In this document: positions 25,745 through 38,229 of the stretch, one piece after another | Numbering within the stretch: the stretch's first letter is position 1 | Layout: each line of letters starts with the position of its first letter | NCBI RefSeq assembly: GCF_006345805.1 | Contig: NC_043007.1 | Coordinates: 45,384,001 to 45,448,000, forward strand | Origin: Octopus sinensis | Lineage: Eukaryota | DNA: 64,000 nt | Direction of reading: 5' to 3' | Notes under the pieces: model-generated | Told to the model about the DNA's origin: nothing | What the model saw: the letters and a program-made list of their open reading frames with translations, nothing else | Database searches by the model: none | Made by a program: the position numbers and the translations under genes

Positions 25745-26733
25745 CATATATATATATTTATTTATTTATTTATTGTCAGCTTTTTATGCATTAAACATTA
25801 CAATACATTACTATTGCTGTTTTATGGGTGTCGTTTTTCTTAATTGTTCAGTTGATCTTTTTCACATTCACTGTGTTCAATATGCTAACATTCATTCTTT
25901 TCTTTTTATTTTTTCCAGCGTGCCGTGTTTTAGAATGATCTATTTTCTATCAAACAAGTCTTGGAACCAGAGCTAATAATTATATTATGACCATCAGGGC
26001 ATATTATAATGTTATAGAAACTGACTAAATAAAGACTTACAGTTTTCAAACTCTGCCTTCTTTTAAGCTGCAAGATCTAATTCCACTAGGATCGATTTTT
26101 TTCAGTCTTCTTAATATATTGATAACATTCTGGGTAAATTATCGGAATACTTCTGTGCGTCTATGGACATGTTAGCTTATATTTAATCAATGTTAGAAAT
26201 TAATATTACATAGTGAAGCTTTGAGTTCTACCGGAGTAAACAAGGAAGCATTTAAGATTTATGTGGTCGTATACACCTTAGAAATGCTAGCTAAATGTAT
26301 CTGAAAAAAACGCGCTCAGAGTTTTGTGAGATAACCTATTATTATATTAGGATACTGATTGTTTTAATATATCTCATATTTTACAGATGTGAGAGAGACA
26401 GAACGTTAAAATTTACTGCATTCTGGTTTAGACTTCCATACAGAAATATGCAAACATAAGATGTGTGTAAGATGTACCAAGTCCTTGATTCACCTTAGCA
26501 GCTATAATTGATACACAAAAATAGAGTGAATAATAACATTTGGAAATGGCATCGCAATAGCGTAAATAAGAAGTACAAAGAAGTGCAAAGATGATCTGGT
26601 ACTCGACTGAAGACTGGAAGATACGAATGACCCGTCCTTGTTCTTTTCCTGTCCTTTTTTGTATCGTCTAACTGTCCGTATGTTTTATTGTCGACTGTTA
26701 CGTTCTTGCTCCATCATTTGTTTTGTGTGTGTG

Positions 26734-26819
<86 letters not shown>

Positions 26820-27267
26820 GACGAATAGAATGTGGTTTCTAATTCCTCTATCCATTCTCCAGAATTTTAATTTACTGGCTATATACAAAGGCTTATTTCT
26901 TCAATATATACACATAATGCTATTGTACGAACAAGGAAAGTAGTAAGATAGAGTTCAATTGTAAATCAGTTCGAGAGGGATGTCAGCTCTGGGTAAAGAA
27001 TGCGGTATCACACTGAATGATGTGCTCAAATGAACTACTGACCTTGGGGGAGACACTTAATATCAAGAGTTGGGAACTATTGAGAAAGACTATATGTGTT
27101 TTATCCGTTTATTTATATAACTTGCTATTTCCCTATTTTCATTTTATATTGTATTTTATTTCCAAGCCCTTCTTGAAGGTCGAACAGAATTTGTGATTTA
27201 CTATCTAATGGTATATATATAAACAATAATAAATCTATGAGCGAGATATAAACAGTAACTGCTCTAT

Positions 27268-27712
27268 CACATAAGGGGGATCAGCCATCTGAATGTGGCT
27301 AGGGACAGGGCAGGGTGGTGGGGGTGTTACTGATGCATTTAGCCCCAGGCGATCATCGACGTCACCAGAAGGGCCGACACCATCTCGGTGTCCTTGCCAG
27401 CCTGCAAAGGGAGATCAGCCTCCCCGAAGATACGGATACTACATACGGACCGGTTTCGAGGTTATTGCCTCTTGTCAACGCATGGCAAGTACCGTTCTTC
27501 GTTGAGGGACCTCCTCTACAGGCTGGATATATAGGGATTTTCACAGTAACCACAGTCACTGGCGTAGAAAATTTGCAGGTTGGCAAGGACACCGAGATGG
27601 TGTCGGCCCTTCTGGTGACGTCGATGATCGCCTGGAGCTAAATGCATCAGTAACACCCCCACCACCCTGCCCTGTCCCTAGCCACATTCAGATGGCTGAT
27701 CCCCCTTATGTG
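27268..27712. repeat. GC-rich fold-back: 141-bp inverted arms around a 163-bp hammerhead-containing spacer
   Basis: Arms 27268-27408 and 27572-27712 have 2 mismatches; no TSD seen. Confidence 0.92.
27442..27484 (-). ncRNA. Minimal type I hammerhead ribozyme, U3-A8 core variant
   Basis: Minus: CATGCG (stem I) TTGACAA GAGG-CAATAA-CCTC GAAA CCGG TC CGTATG; GUC site, predicted cut between 27448 and 27447. Confidence 0.78.
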
Positions 27713-28062
27713 GTATATATATATTTTTCTATTAACTGTGATATGCCAATGAAATGATTGAAATAGGAACAACGTGCAGGATGCATTCAACATGAAGCAT
27801 ATATTCTGCAGAATATGGAAACTCTCTTTGCTGATACCTGAAGAATTGACCCTTACCAGCAATATGATGTATTATTTCATGCGTTGTATGGTAATTTTTC
27901 AGCAACGATCCGCTGGTAAAATGCAGTTGAAACGAAGGTAGCATTATGCAATCAAGTGTGTTGCTCAATCCATTCTTTTTTTGCTTATACATTTTCCATT
28001 CTCTATCTGTTATCTTTTGCATACACACACATCTCTTTCTCTGTCCCTCTCTCTCTCCTGGA

Positions 28063-28130
<68 letters not shown>

Positions 28131-28174
28131 AGTGTGTGTGTGTGTGTGTGTGTGTTGTGTGTGTGTGTGTGTGG

Positions 28175-28205
<31 letters not shown>

Positions 28206-29709
28206 TGTGTGTGTGCGCGCGCGCTTGTATGCGTATGTGTGTGTATATATATATGCACCTATGTTTATATATATATATCGCCCACGTACATATGAAGTCT
28301 CCGATATCGAATTTCTTTGCATTCTTGCGAACCAATGACTGGTTTATTGAAAATTTATATATCTAATGACGCCGTTTTCCACAAAGTGAGGTATAAAATA
28401 AACAAATGTAGATAAATAAGTGATATTTGCCTTTAGTTCAAAATTTTCAGCGTGATTATTATCGTCAAGAAAAATTTCCATTTTAGAAATATTTCCTCTA
28501 TTGATTTTTACATAAAAATAACATTTTCGAAATTTTCTCTATTTTACACGTGTACTCTATATGTAAAGGTACTCTGTTTAGTCTATGAAAATCGGACAAC
28601 GGTCTATGGAATACTGTGTTTTTAAGATAATGCTGTTAATAATTGTTTAGATTGTTACAAAGCAACCTCTTGATAATAAAATAAAATACCACTTAATATG
28701 CTTCTGTTTTCAGTGTGAATTTATTTACACGATACATCAGACGGGAACAACGCTTAACATACACTTCATTGTTTTCTCAAGGGACATTTACAGTTTATGA
28801 TGAAAGATTTAGCACGAAACAATTTCAGTGTTTATTCAAATGAATGGAAATTTACTTCATATTGCAGTACAATTCAAAATGTTTTCATTAGTTCTTATTA
28901 AATTATTTTTCATTCACTCAAAGATATCATTGCATTATATCAACTATTATATCCTAAACATACTACATTATTTAGTAATTCAGTCTCAACAGCAATAAAC
29001 AGAATTTAAATATAAAATTCAACAGATAACTGAATTCTGGTTTCCAATATGATCTCTCTTTCACACTGAACTCACCCTTTTACTTTCTTTCTTTCTTTCT
29101 TTCTTTCTTTCAATTGTATTTCCATATTATTCCTCTTAGAAGTTCTTTCAAATATATATTTTTATTTTCTCGTTTTTCTATTTCTCTTGCTCTCAGATTG
29201 ATTTGCCATGCTTCCATGTTTTCAAACGAATATTAATATATTTCACAAGACACTAGGCATTTAATTTAGCTAATTCATGTCTAAGCAAAGTGAATTGGAT
29301 TTAACGATAACTTGAATTCTTTTTCATATATTTGTCGTTATAAGTTATCAAATAAATGTTGGTAGTTCGTATGGAGAAAGATTTCAATTCTCAGGAAATC
29401 AAAGTCGTGTCCTGATTACGAGGCAAGTCCTTTCACTTAAATCTATAAAGTTCTAAGAATAAGACTGAGCGTCACAACAACACAGTTTCCATATATTAGA
29501 GTGTTTTATTCTTTAGATAATCTGATATTTTTGTATATCAATTCAAAAATAGACTTTCTGTGTAGTTGTTCTCAGGATTCTATCTTTAGGAATGACATAT
29601 ACAAGAAAGTAAAAATCAGGTGAATAACATCCAAGTGTATCACAGCATTAAGTTAAGCGAAAGTGCTTCCGCGTCCCATCACACATTTGTGGGTAATGAA
29701 GCTCAACTA

Positions 29710-29932
29710 TTGGGTTGGTGCATAATTATTGCGGCTTATCTTCAACAAATTTTATTCAACAAAAACAAAAGCATCATCGGAGCATATTCACCATTTACTT
29801 CAATTACAGTGTCCCATTTACTTGAGAGACAGTCAGACCGTCATTTAAAGAGGTTTTTGTTAAATATATTGTTATTGTTTTTGTTGAATAAAATTTGTTG
29901 GAAAAAGCCGCAATGATTATGCACCAACCGAA
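29710..29932. mobile_element. Mariner-type MITE with ~58-bp TIRs (Hsmar1/MADE1-like ends)
   Basis: TA + TTGGGTTGGTGCATAATTATTGCGGCTT..CAAAAACAA with a matching right TIR + TA. Confidence 0.88.
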
Positions 29933-29949
29933 TAATATTAATCGCTCAT

Positions 29950-30108
29950 TTCATCCGCTTTTACGTTCTGAGTTCAAATTCTGCCGGGTCGACTTTTTAC
30001 CCTTTCAGGATCGATAAATTAAGTATCAGTTGATCACTGGGAGTCAATGTAATCGACTTACTCCTCCTCCAAAATTACTGACCTTGTACTAAAATTTGAA
30101 ACCAATAT
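29950..30108 (+). mobile_element. SINE family A, headless partial copy
   Basis: TTACGTTCTGAGTTCAAATTC..GATCGATAAATTAAGTATCAG..AAAATTTGAAACC. Confidence 0.7.
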
Positions 30109-30817
30109 AATCTATATAGAAGAAGCAATAAATTGCATGGCATTCCTATATTTCACAATAAACTGAGAAAAAGGCTTAAAGGAAATTAGCCTTAATAACA
30201 AATCGAAAATAAGTCATTAAACTGATGCGACATAGACTTACCGATTGCACTGCATTTCTTGACACAACAGTTGACAGTTCATTGTTAAACATTTATATCA
30301 TCTTCCTAGGTTGCACTATTGTCGATGGTTGAGACATTCACTTCGCAGCCATGAGAATAGGGGTTCGATTCTACTGCAAGATATCCTGGTCTAACATAAG
30401 GTCAGATTCTATATTTTGTGTGGTATTGGAAAGACGAAAACTTTAGGAGTTACATTAAAATTACACTATTTGTGAATTCAGGAGTAAGCAATTCGGTTGA
30501 ATGAACAACCAAATCCTCATCGCCAAACGACAGAGATCCACCATGACATCATCATCATCTTCTTGAACTCCAATAAATTATACAATAAATACCATGCGAA
30601 GTTACAGTTACATCATTGTCATGCCGTCTTATTATTTAATTATTAACACTTTCAAATCGTAAATCAATGACCACTGCGCTAGAAAAAAGGTAATTTAATA
30701 TCAACACGTGTATGTTATTATACATGCTTTATTGCTTCAAAACGGAAACAGGAAAGGATTCAAATTTAATAAGATTTCCAGTCCAACGTCATTTCAATCA
30801 TCAATAATTATTTATTA

Positions 30818-31212
30818 GGAGTGGCTGTGTGGTAAGTAGCTTGCTTATCAACCACATGGTTCCGGGTTCATTCCCACTGCGTGGCACCTTGGGTAAGTGT
30901 CTTGTACTATAGCCTCGGGCCGACCAAAGCCTTGTGAGTGGATTTGGTAGACGGAAACTGGAAGAAGCTCGTCGTATATATGTATGTATATGTATGTGTG
31001 TATATGTTTGTGTGTCTGTGTTTGTCCCCACACCATTGCTTGACAACCGATGGTGGTGTGTTTACGTCCCCGTAACTTAGCGGTTCAGCAAAAGAGACTG
31101 ATAGAATAAGTACTAGGCTTACAAAGAATAAGTCCTGGGGTCGATTTACTCGACTAAAAGGCGGTGCTCCAGCATGGCCGCAGTCAAACGACTGAAACAA
31201 GTAAAAGAGTAA
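30818..31212 (+). mobile_element. SINE family B, full length
   Basis: tRNA-like head GGAGTGGCTGTGTGGTAAG..GGTTCCGGGTTCATTCCC, CORE-like GGCACCTTGGGTAAGTGTCTT, internal TATG tract, 3' end GACTGAAACAAGTAAAAGAG. Confidence 0.88.
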
Positions 31213-32174
31213 TTACTATAGAACAAATAAGATGTTCATTTGCGATAGGGTAGCAGAGTTAGATCGAGACGGGCCTATTGGTAATATACAGGTTCACAGT
31301 CATGTCAATTTGCTTTAAAGGGACTAAAGCTTGTAGTACCGAGTTTTGCGGAAGAGCCTCTCTGAGGAAAATTATATTCATAGAAATCGCTGTAATATCT
31401 TCCTCAGACTACGCTCTACTTTAGTTGGTTTGTATGTAGATGGCATGTCTTTGATAATAGCTCTGCAGGATCAGAGCTGATCAGGCGCTTTGTATGGCAG
31501 CATTCGTGGAAACAACGTGAACGACATGACAACGGCGTTGACAACAACGATACAAGCAACTAAGTTTAAATCTATAGAAAAATGGTTCTTGAAAAGGATA
31601 AATTACCATTGGCTGACTTCATCTAGATATCCTATATTTATAATTATTTAAGATGATCTCTGCAACCCAATACTTAATAAGATTATATGAGCGAGACGTT
31701 TTCTTTCTGTCCTTCAACAATTATTAAAACAAATGAAACTAAATTGAGAAATCGTATTGTATTTCCGTAATTCGATCAGTCATTTATCATTGCCGTGCTG
31801 TTGCAGAGCGACAGTCAGACATCAGATGAACTCGGACTGATAAGCAAACAAAATAGCTTGTAAAATTTACACTGTCCTCGATATAAACAACAATTAACTG
31901 TGTAATCGTGGGCTCTTTATTTACAACCACAGAGCATTTATTCTATTATAGTCTAACAAGATATTGAAGAGATTACGTTTGCCTGTGTGTAGTGAGGTTA
32001 ACATAGAATGTACTATTGTACAACTACGAATCGTAGCCAAGAACCAGTTCCGGAGATGATGCTGATTGACAAAAATACTTTGGAGAGATGGAATACTAAT
32101 GTTCTTTTCTGTTGCATCTTCCTTTGTCAAAGATTCGTAATAACCATCGTAAGTTATAAGAAATCTGGCAGATA

Positions 32175-32255
<81 letters not shown>

Positions 32256-33024
32256 AACTCCTATGTTATTTAGTTAACAGTACTGCAAGTACTCACTATG
32301 TATTTCGCTTTTTAAGTACTGGTTGATCCGTGGCAATGCTGGAAGCCTTGCCAAAAGTGTCACACAAAGTAGTTCAATCCGAAATAGCAAAGCTGTACAG
32401 CGAACTACTTGAAATATATCGTCATGCATGGGTCGACGTAGGGCATCCTTAGCAAAAGTTGTACTTGCATTTGTGCATATATATACATGCTTGGAAAAAA
32501 TTCATTTGAAGGAAAAGAGCGCCGACTTGTTCCCATAGACCTTAGCAGGTGTTGCTGTCAAAATGCAAAAGGTCGGAACATATGCTGGAATCCATCCTGT
32601 CCGTTCCTCTAATATTACCGTCAAACCAAAATCTGGTATTTGTTTTAATTGCCCTATCAAGCAAAATTAACCTGGATTGGATTTGAACACAGAGCGCAGA
32701 ACATCGGAGTAATTACCTTTATTTTATTCAAAGCCATATTTATTTATTGTAGAGGGTTGTTATTCTTCAGTCTGGTGTGCCCTATCAAAACTTCAGCTCC
32801 GATTGATAGCAGCTACGTATCCAAAATAAGAACACCCTCTCAAAACTAATGGTAAGTGAATCGTCGTTTAGTTTAGTTTCATGTTTCGTCCATTTCTCGT
32901 GCCGAATATAAAACAGAGTATATGTCGAATGTGAAAGTAATTGCGAGTCGAAAATCTTAATTATAGTGGATGGCCAACCTATTTAAAATAAAAAATGGAA
33001 TATATAGATCGTAACTGTGCCACG

Positions 33025-33065
<41 letters not shown>

Positions 33066-33078
33066 GCTATCATGTATC

Positions 33079-33982
33079 TTTAATTAAATCTGGTGGCTTA
33101 GATATATTCTCACAGTTTTAATTAGCTGTATAATTTCGCTTCATTCAATACCTTCTGTGTGTTACGCGAATGTAGTTTTCGGTTAATTGCATTATTTCCG
33201 TAGTTTAATTTACTATATTCTGATATTTACTTATATACTTCCTAGCTCTTTAATTAAATAGACTCTGGCGGTATAAATAAATATATTTAGCTTTTCTAAT
33301 TGTTGTATGATGGTCTACGCAGATATATTCTGGCTATTTGTAGTGAAGTAGTCCGACTGTTTAATTAAATATATTCTGGAGCGGTTAATTATATATAGTC
33401 ACACGTTTTAATAATATACTGTCTGATGGTTTAATTAAACATATTCAAATGTTTCATTTAAATATTCTTACGGATAGGTAGTTGTAATTAAATATAGACT
33501 AAAGATTTTATTACAAATATTCCGATGGTTTAATTAAATAGTCTAAAGATTTGTTAAATATAGCCTTGACTGGTGATATTCAGAGAATTTAATTAAGTAG
33601 TCTAACTGTCTAATTAAGTCATAGACTGTCGGTTTAATCAAATTGCAGTCTGGTTGTTTAATTAAATTATAGACTGGCGATCTAATTAAATTATAGGCTG
33701 TCGGTCTAATTAAATTGTATTCTGGAGTTTTAATTAAATATACTCTAACTGTTTAAATAAATGCTAATGTTTAGCTAAACACTTTAACGGATGAATTATA
33801 TCGTGACGGTTAAATGAAATTATAGGCTAGCCGTTTAATTAGTCTGAATGAAGATGGTCTAATTAAATAGACACTGACATTTTAATTATACATTTAAGTC
33901 TAACTCTTTAATTAACATAATCTGATAGTTTAATTAATATAGTCTAACAGCTTAATTAAATAACTGTTGATTAAATACAGAC
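33079..33982. repeat. Degenerate ~22-24-bp minisatellite (approx. GTTTAATTAAATATAGTCTGACG)
   Basis: About 20 exact TAATTA hexamers counted; ~24-bp spacing is clearest at 33585-33760. Confidence 0.8.
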
Positions 33983-34433
33983 AAAGGGTAAAATTGAATA
34001 TATCAATATAAAAATTCAAAGCATCATCTATATTATTGACGATGTGTATCTGTGAGACGGATTTAACAGTGCCTAGTGGACATTCTATCCGTAGCTATAC
34101 AGTAGTGACATGTAATCACTGTGTGTCGAACTTACATTGCCTGACTGGCGTGATACTCGTGGCTACATTGTCTTATCATGGGCTTTGTGTTTAACTTCTA
34201 CCATCCAACTATCATCCAATCTGTGATCTCATGTTTTGGTTTCTTTTGTCCTTTTGGTTTATTATATCCAGGACAAGTCTAGGTATCCCTACTTAAACCT
34301 GGATGTTCTGCTCAAAGAAATTTTACTGCAGTAGATACCATGGGTGAAACTTTCGTATTGGATTTTGGCACAAAATGCACTCTTGTTTATATGCTAGTGG
34401 AGAAAGAAATCCCCGTTATCTTCGGCGCCGAGA

Positions 34434-34480
34434 CCACCAGTTCACGTGATTTCGACCTTTCTTGGTCTTGTCAATGATGG
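34434..34480 (-). ncRNA. Hammerhead ribozyme relic, U3-A8 variant with U16.1>A
   Basis: Minus: CCATCA TTGACAA GACC-AAGAAA-GGTC GAAA TCACGTGA AC TGGTGG; all three stems pair. Confidence 0.68.
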
Positions 34481-35084
34481 ATGCTCGAACGCTAGACATA
34501 ATAGCAACTCATCTCCCCATCAGCGATATATAGAAAAACAGTGCCAGAACAGGCGTTGGTGTCGCAATTAGTCAGTGAGTTTCTTAATAAATATATTTTT
34601 GACATGCGACAATATTTTATAAACAAACTTTGGAAGCGTCGAATGTGTTTGATATTTTACAAACGGATAAGATTTGTAAGAGCAGACGCCTAAGTAGCCG
34701 CCTGGTGGTAACATTTTTTTTCAGTTTTATAAGGGGAAAATACCCAATCTTTCTGCTGTATTCACAGCTTTACTGCATTCGAAATTTACTTCTTGTTAGC
34801 ATGTATAGACTATTACACTGTATACCTGCATCATGTACTGTGCAGTAAATACCCAAGCTACACTTTGAAGTATGAAGTGCATTTTTCAGCTAATAGAAGA
34901 TATGAAATGTCTAGAATCAGATATGTGGATCGTTCTGTATAATGCGTGCGAGCCATACACTTGTTCGATCAGAGGTGACTAAGGATCATTCAACATAAAA
35001 AGGAACATTAAGAATATTTGTAAATTCTATCACTATCGTCAATTATCTACTAAATATTTCAGTCTTTGAATTGTGATCACGCAG

Positions 35085-35460
35085 GCGCACCGCTGTGAAG
35101 GGTTTTAGCCGAAAAAACTCAACTCTAGTGTTTATTTTAAAACCTGGTACTTATTCTATCGGGTTCTTTTTGACGACCCACTATATTATGGTGACGTAAA
35201 CAAACTAACAACAGTTGTCAAACGGTGGTGGTGGTGGGGGGGGAACTACACACACACACTCACGCACGCGTGCGCACGCACACGTGCGCACGCACACACA
35301 TGTGACGGAATTCTTTCAATTTCCATCTACTAGATCCACATACAAGGACTTGTTAAGGCCCGTGGCTATCGTGGAAGACATTCGGTCAAGGTGTCACGAA
35401 GTCCGACTGAACCCAAAGCCACATGGTTGGGAAGCAAACTGCTCGTCACCCAGCCACATT
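35085..35460 (-). mobile_element. SINE family B, diverged
   Basis: Reverse match to 30818-31212. Confidence 0.72.
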
Positions 35461-36330
35461 TACGCAATCTTACGATGATCTGATTTCGGTAAAGTCAGAG
35501 AAGTAAGTTCTTGATATTTGACACGTTTCTACTTAGCAGTCTTTTTTTTCCTAGTCTTATTTCGGCTGATCGTGCATCCTATACCTATAGAACAAACATT
35601 CCCATTGCTTTTTAGTGAATTAAAAACTACCAGTATCTATTCGGCAATTTTAACGATCTTTTTTTGACAATTTCGATTGCTAAGTAATATTTCAGCAAAA
35701 TACTTCTGACAATTTCCTTTCAATATTTGGTACCTTGAAATATATATAACACAAGAGATTTCGAGAAGTTTTGCAACTGTAAAAGAATTCGGCTCACAAG
35801 CATAGCTTGTATAACGAATAGAATACGCGGCTCGCTTTGGAACATTCTGTTCCAATTATACTAAATACTTTACAAAGTTCAACAACATATCATATGCGCT
35901 GTCAAAAGTTTCGACCTCAAATTTAAGTTTACTTTGGGGAATTAAGAACAATAAAATATTTCATTCAATGACGAAGGTTGTCAGAGTTCCTCTTCTACAA
36001 ACTTGAGTAAATGCTTTTCATGTGATAGCCAGGTGGCGTATAATGTATGTAAATTAATACTCATGGAAGGGAGATTTCAAATATAATATAATATATATGG
36101 TGGCAAACTGAAGAGGCCTTGTTGTATCAGATATGATAGCTGCGAGCAGAAATTTGGTCCATTTTGCAAATCTATTTTAATATAAGTTTAGCATATATTT
36201 ATGACAATCTCTCAAAGAAACAAAATTGAATCAACGGTAACAACGATTCGCTGTATCTGTTGGTTATTTTGAGGAGGTTAAAACAGAAAATAATGCAATA
36301 CATAATGGTGAAAAAGACGTTAATGAGTGA

Positions 36331-36364
<34 letters not shown>

Positions 36365-37539
36365 ATGGAAAGAGAGAGAGAGTGTGTTTGTGCGCGTTTG
36401 ATGGTGCCTGCATTGTACGACATGATTCAGAAATAATGATGACAGAATATGATTAAAGGTGTAATTAATTAATAAAATAAACGTTAAGTATCCACCAAGG
36501 TGAATGGAATATATGGCTGGAGAAGATGAACGGCAGACGGAATGAGATAGGAAAAAAATTCCTAAAACGTTGACGGTTACTTCCATGCACATTAAATACA
36601 AACCTGAAGAGTAGGTCCCAATGGAATAATTATAATATTGGTAACAATACGGGCTAGTAAATTTATTGAATGCTGCATTAATATCAATGAAGTCTGTCTC
36701 TATAGAGATTAATCAAAATTCTGTGTATTCATTTAATAATTTCTTACTGCTTTTCAATGCAGTAAAATATTATTAACTGCTTTGTAGATGCCCTCACATC
36801 TCTACAGCTGAAATAACTGATACAAAGACCGGAATTATCTGTCAGACATTGCAAACAATAACAAAAAGAGCATTATTATATGTAAGTTAATGAAATTGTC
36901 AAGCTGTGTATATTAAACGTGGGCGATGTAATTTAATTTCAGTTATGTCAGTATTACAGTTGATTGTGTATGAAGCCCTTTTAGTTTCATCTAAGCTTCA
37001 TATTCACGACCTTAGATATGAATAAATGTTTAATTAAATCGGTGACCATTATTATTGGCAAATTTGTTCTGGAAGCTATTTAGAAGCCTTCAAATTCCCT
37101 AACGTATCTTGAAATAAAATCATATGAAGAAACTTTTTAAACGTTGTTCTTTTGAATATCTCTAAGTATTTTTATAGAGTCCAGTATATTATTTACATGT
37201 AATTTTGTACAGGATGATGGATGAATGAATTTAAGGTTTTCTGAAAATAGTGTAAAGATAATGATGGTGGTCAGTCAGAAAGGTCAGAGTATAATGTTAA
37301 TGAGTTAAGAAAGCATATGGGAATGAATGATCAATAATATATATATTACTGTGTTAAAAATATGAAGAAGCAAAGGGAAACGTTTGTGAAACGATTTCAG
37401 AGACCATAGTTTAATTGATACATTCCACAAATTCATATGAACGTAATATTTTAAAATATTTTTTATGATGATGATGATGATGATAATAATTATATTAATG
37501 AAAATAATAATCCTTTCTAATATAGACACAACGCCTCTA

Positions 37540-37695
37540 TTTTGTGGGGATGGGGACAGTCGATCGCATCGACCCCACGATTTAAATAGTACTTAGATTA
37601 TCAAGCCCGAAAGGATGAATGACAGAACATAGCGACAGACGAAATACCGCTAAGCATTTCACATGTGTGCTAATGATTCTGCCAGCGCACCGCCA
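37540..37695 (-). mobile_element. SINE family A, partial
   Basis: CCCGAAAGGATGAA..GACGAAATACCGCTAAGCATTT..CTGCCAGC on the plus strand. Confidence 0.65.
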
Positions 37696-37702
37696 TAATT
37701 AC

Positions 37703-37736
<34 letters not shown>

Positions 37737-38229
37737 TAATAATACACCGGGCGCCCCATTCAAAGACAAATCTAATCTAACATCGGTGGAACGGGATAAA
37801 GGAACCTGTGGAAGATTTGAAGGAAGCGGTCTTTTAACGAAAATAATCACAAAAACGAAATTTTACTGCCATACAACGCAGTTTCTCCTATTCACGATGT
37901 CTCAGTGAAACATGTGCGAAACACACGCGAAATCAACACCGGTAAGTTTACAAATTATAAAATATAAATGGAACAAAAGAGTAAGTACCTAAATTGAGTA
38001 ATTACGCATACACTCGAATGTCTACACAATCATATATATATTTTAATGTCTATATTACTACACATACATCCCAATGTTTACACAACTCGTGAAATTTACA
38101 GGTCACATATTCACGCATATGAACACACGTGTCACAAACGAAGTAAAAACAAAAAGCAAAAAACAAAGAAAAACTATTAAAAAAAGTTTTTGGACTAACA
38201 AAGACAGAGTGAACAATTCATAAGTTTAA

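Noticed and set aside
26389-26476. Possible exon (TTTTACAG acceptor, GTAAGA donor)
   Set aside because: Stops in the frames checked and no recognisable protein; splice-like sites alone are insufficient.
27315-27641. 108-aa ORF in the GC-rich fold-back
   Set aside because: No recognisable domain; it is partly built from the inverted arm.
31360-31410. CTGAGGA..GAAA as a hammerhead
   Set aside because: No credible stem II or III; only a 9-bp inverted repeat TCTGAGGAA/TTCCTCAGA.
33079-33982. CRISPR-like periodic array
   Set aside because: Units are contiguous and degenerate with no constant repeat/unique spacer pattern; eukaryotic context and no cas genes.
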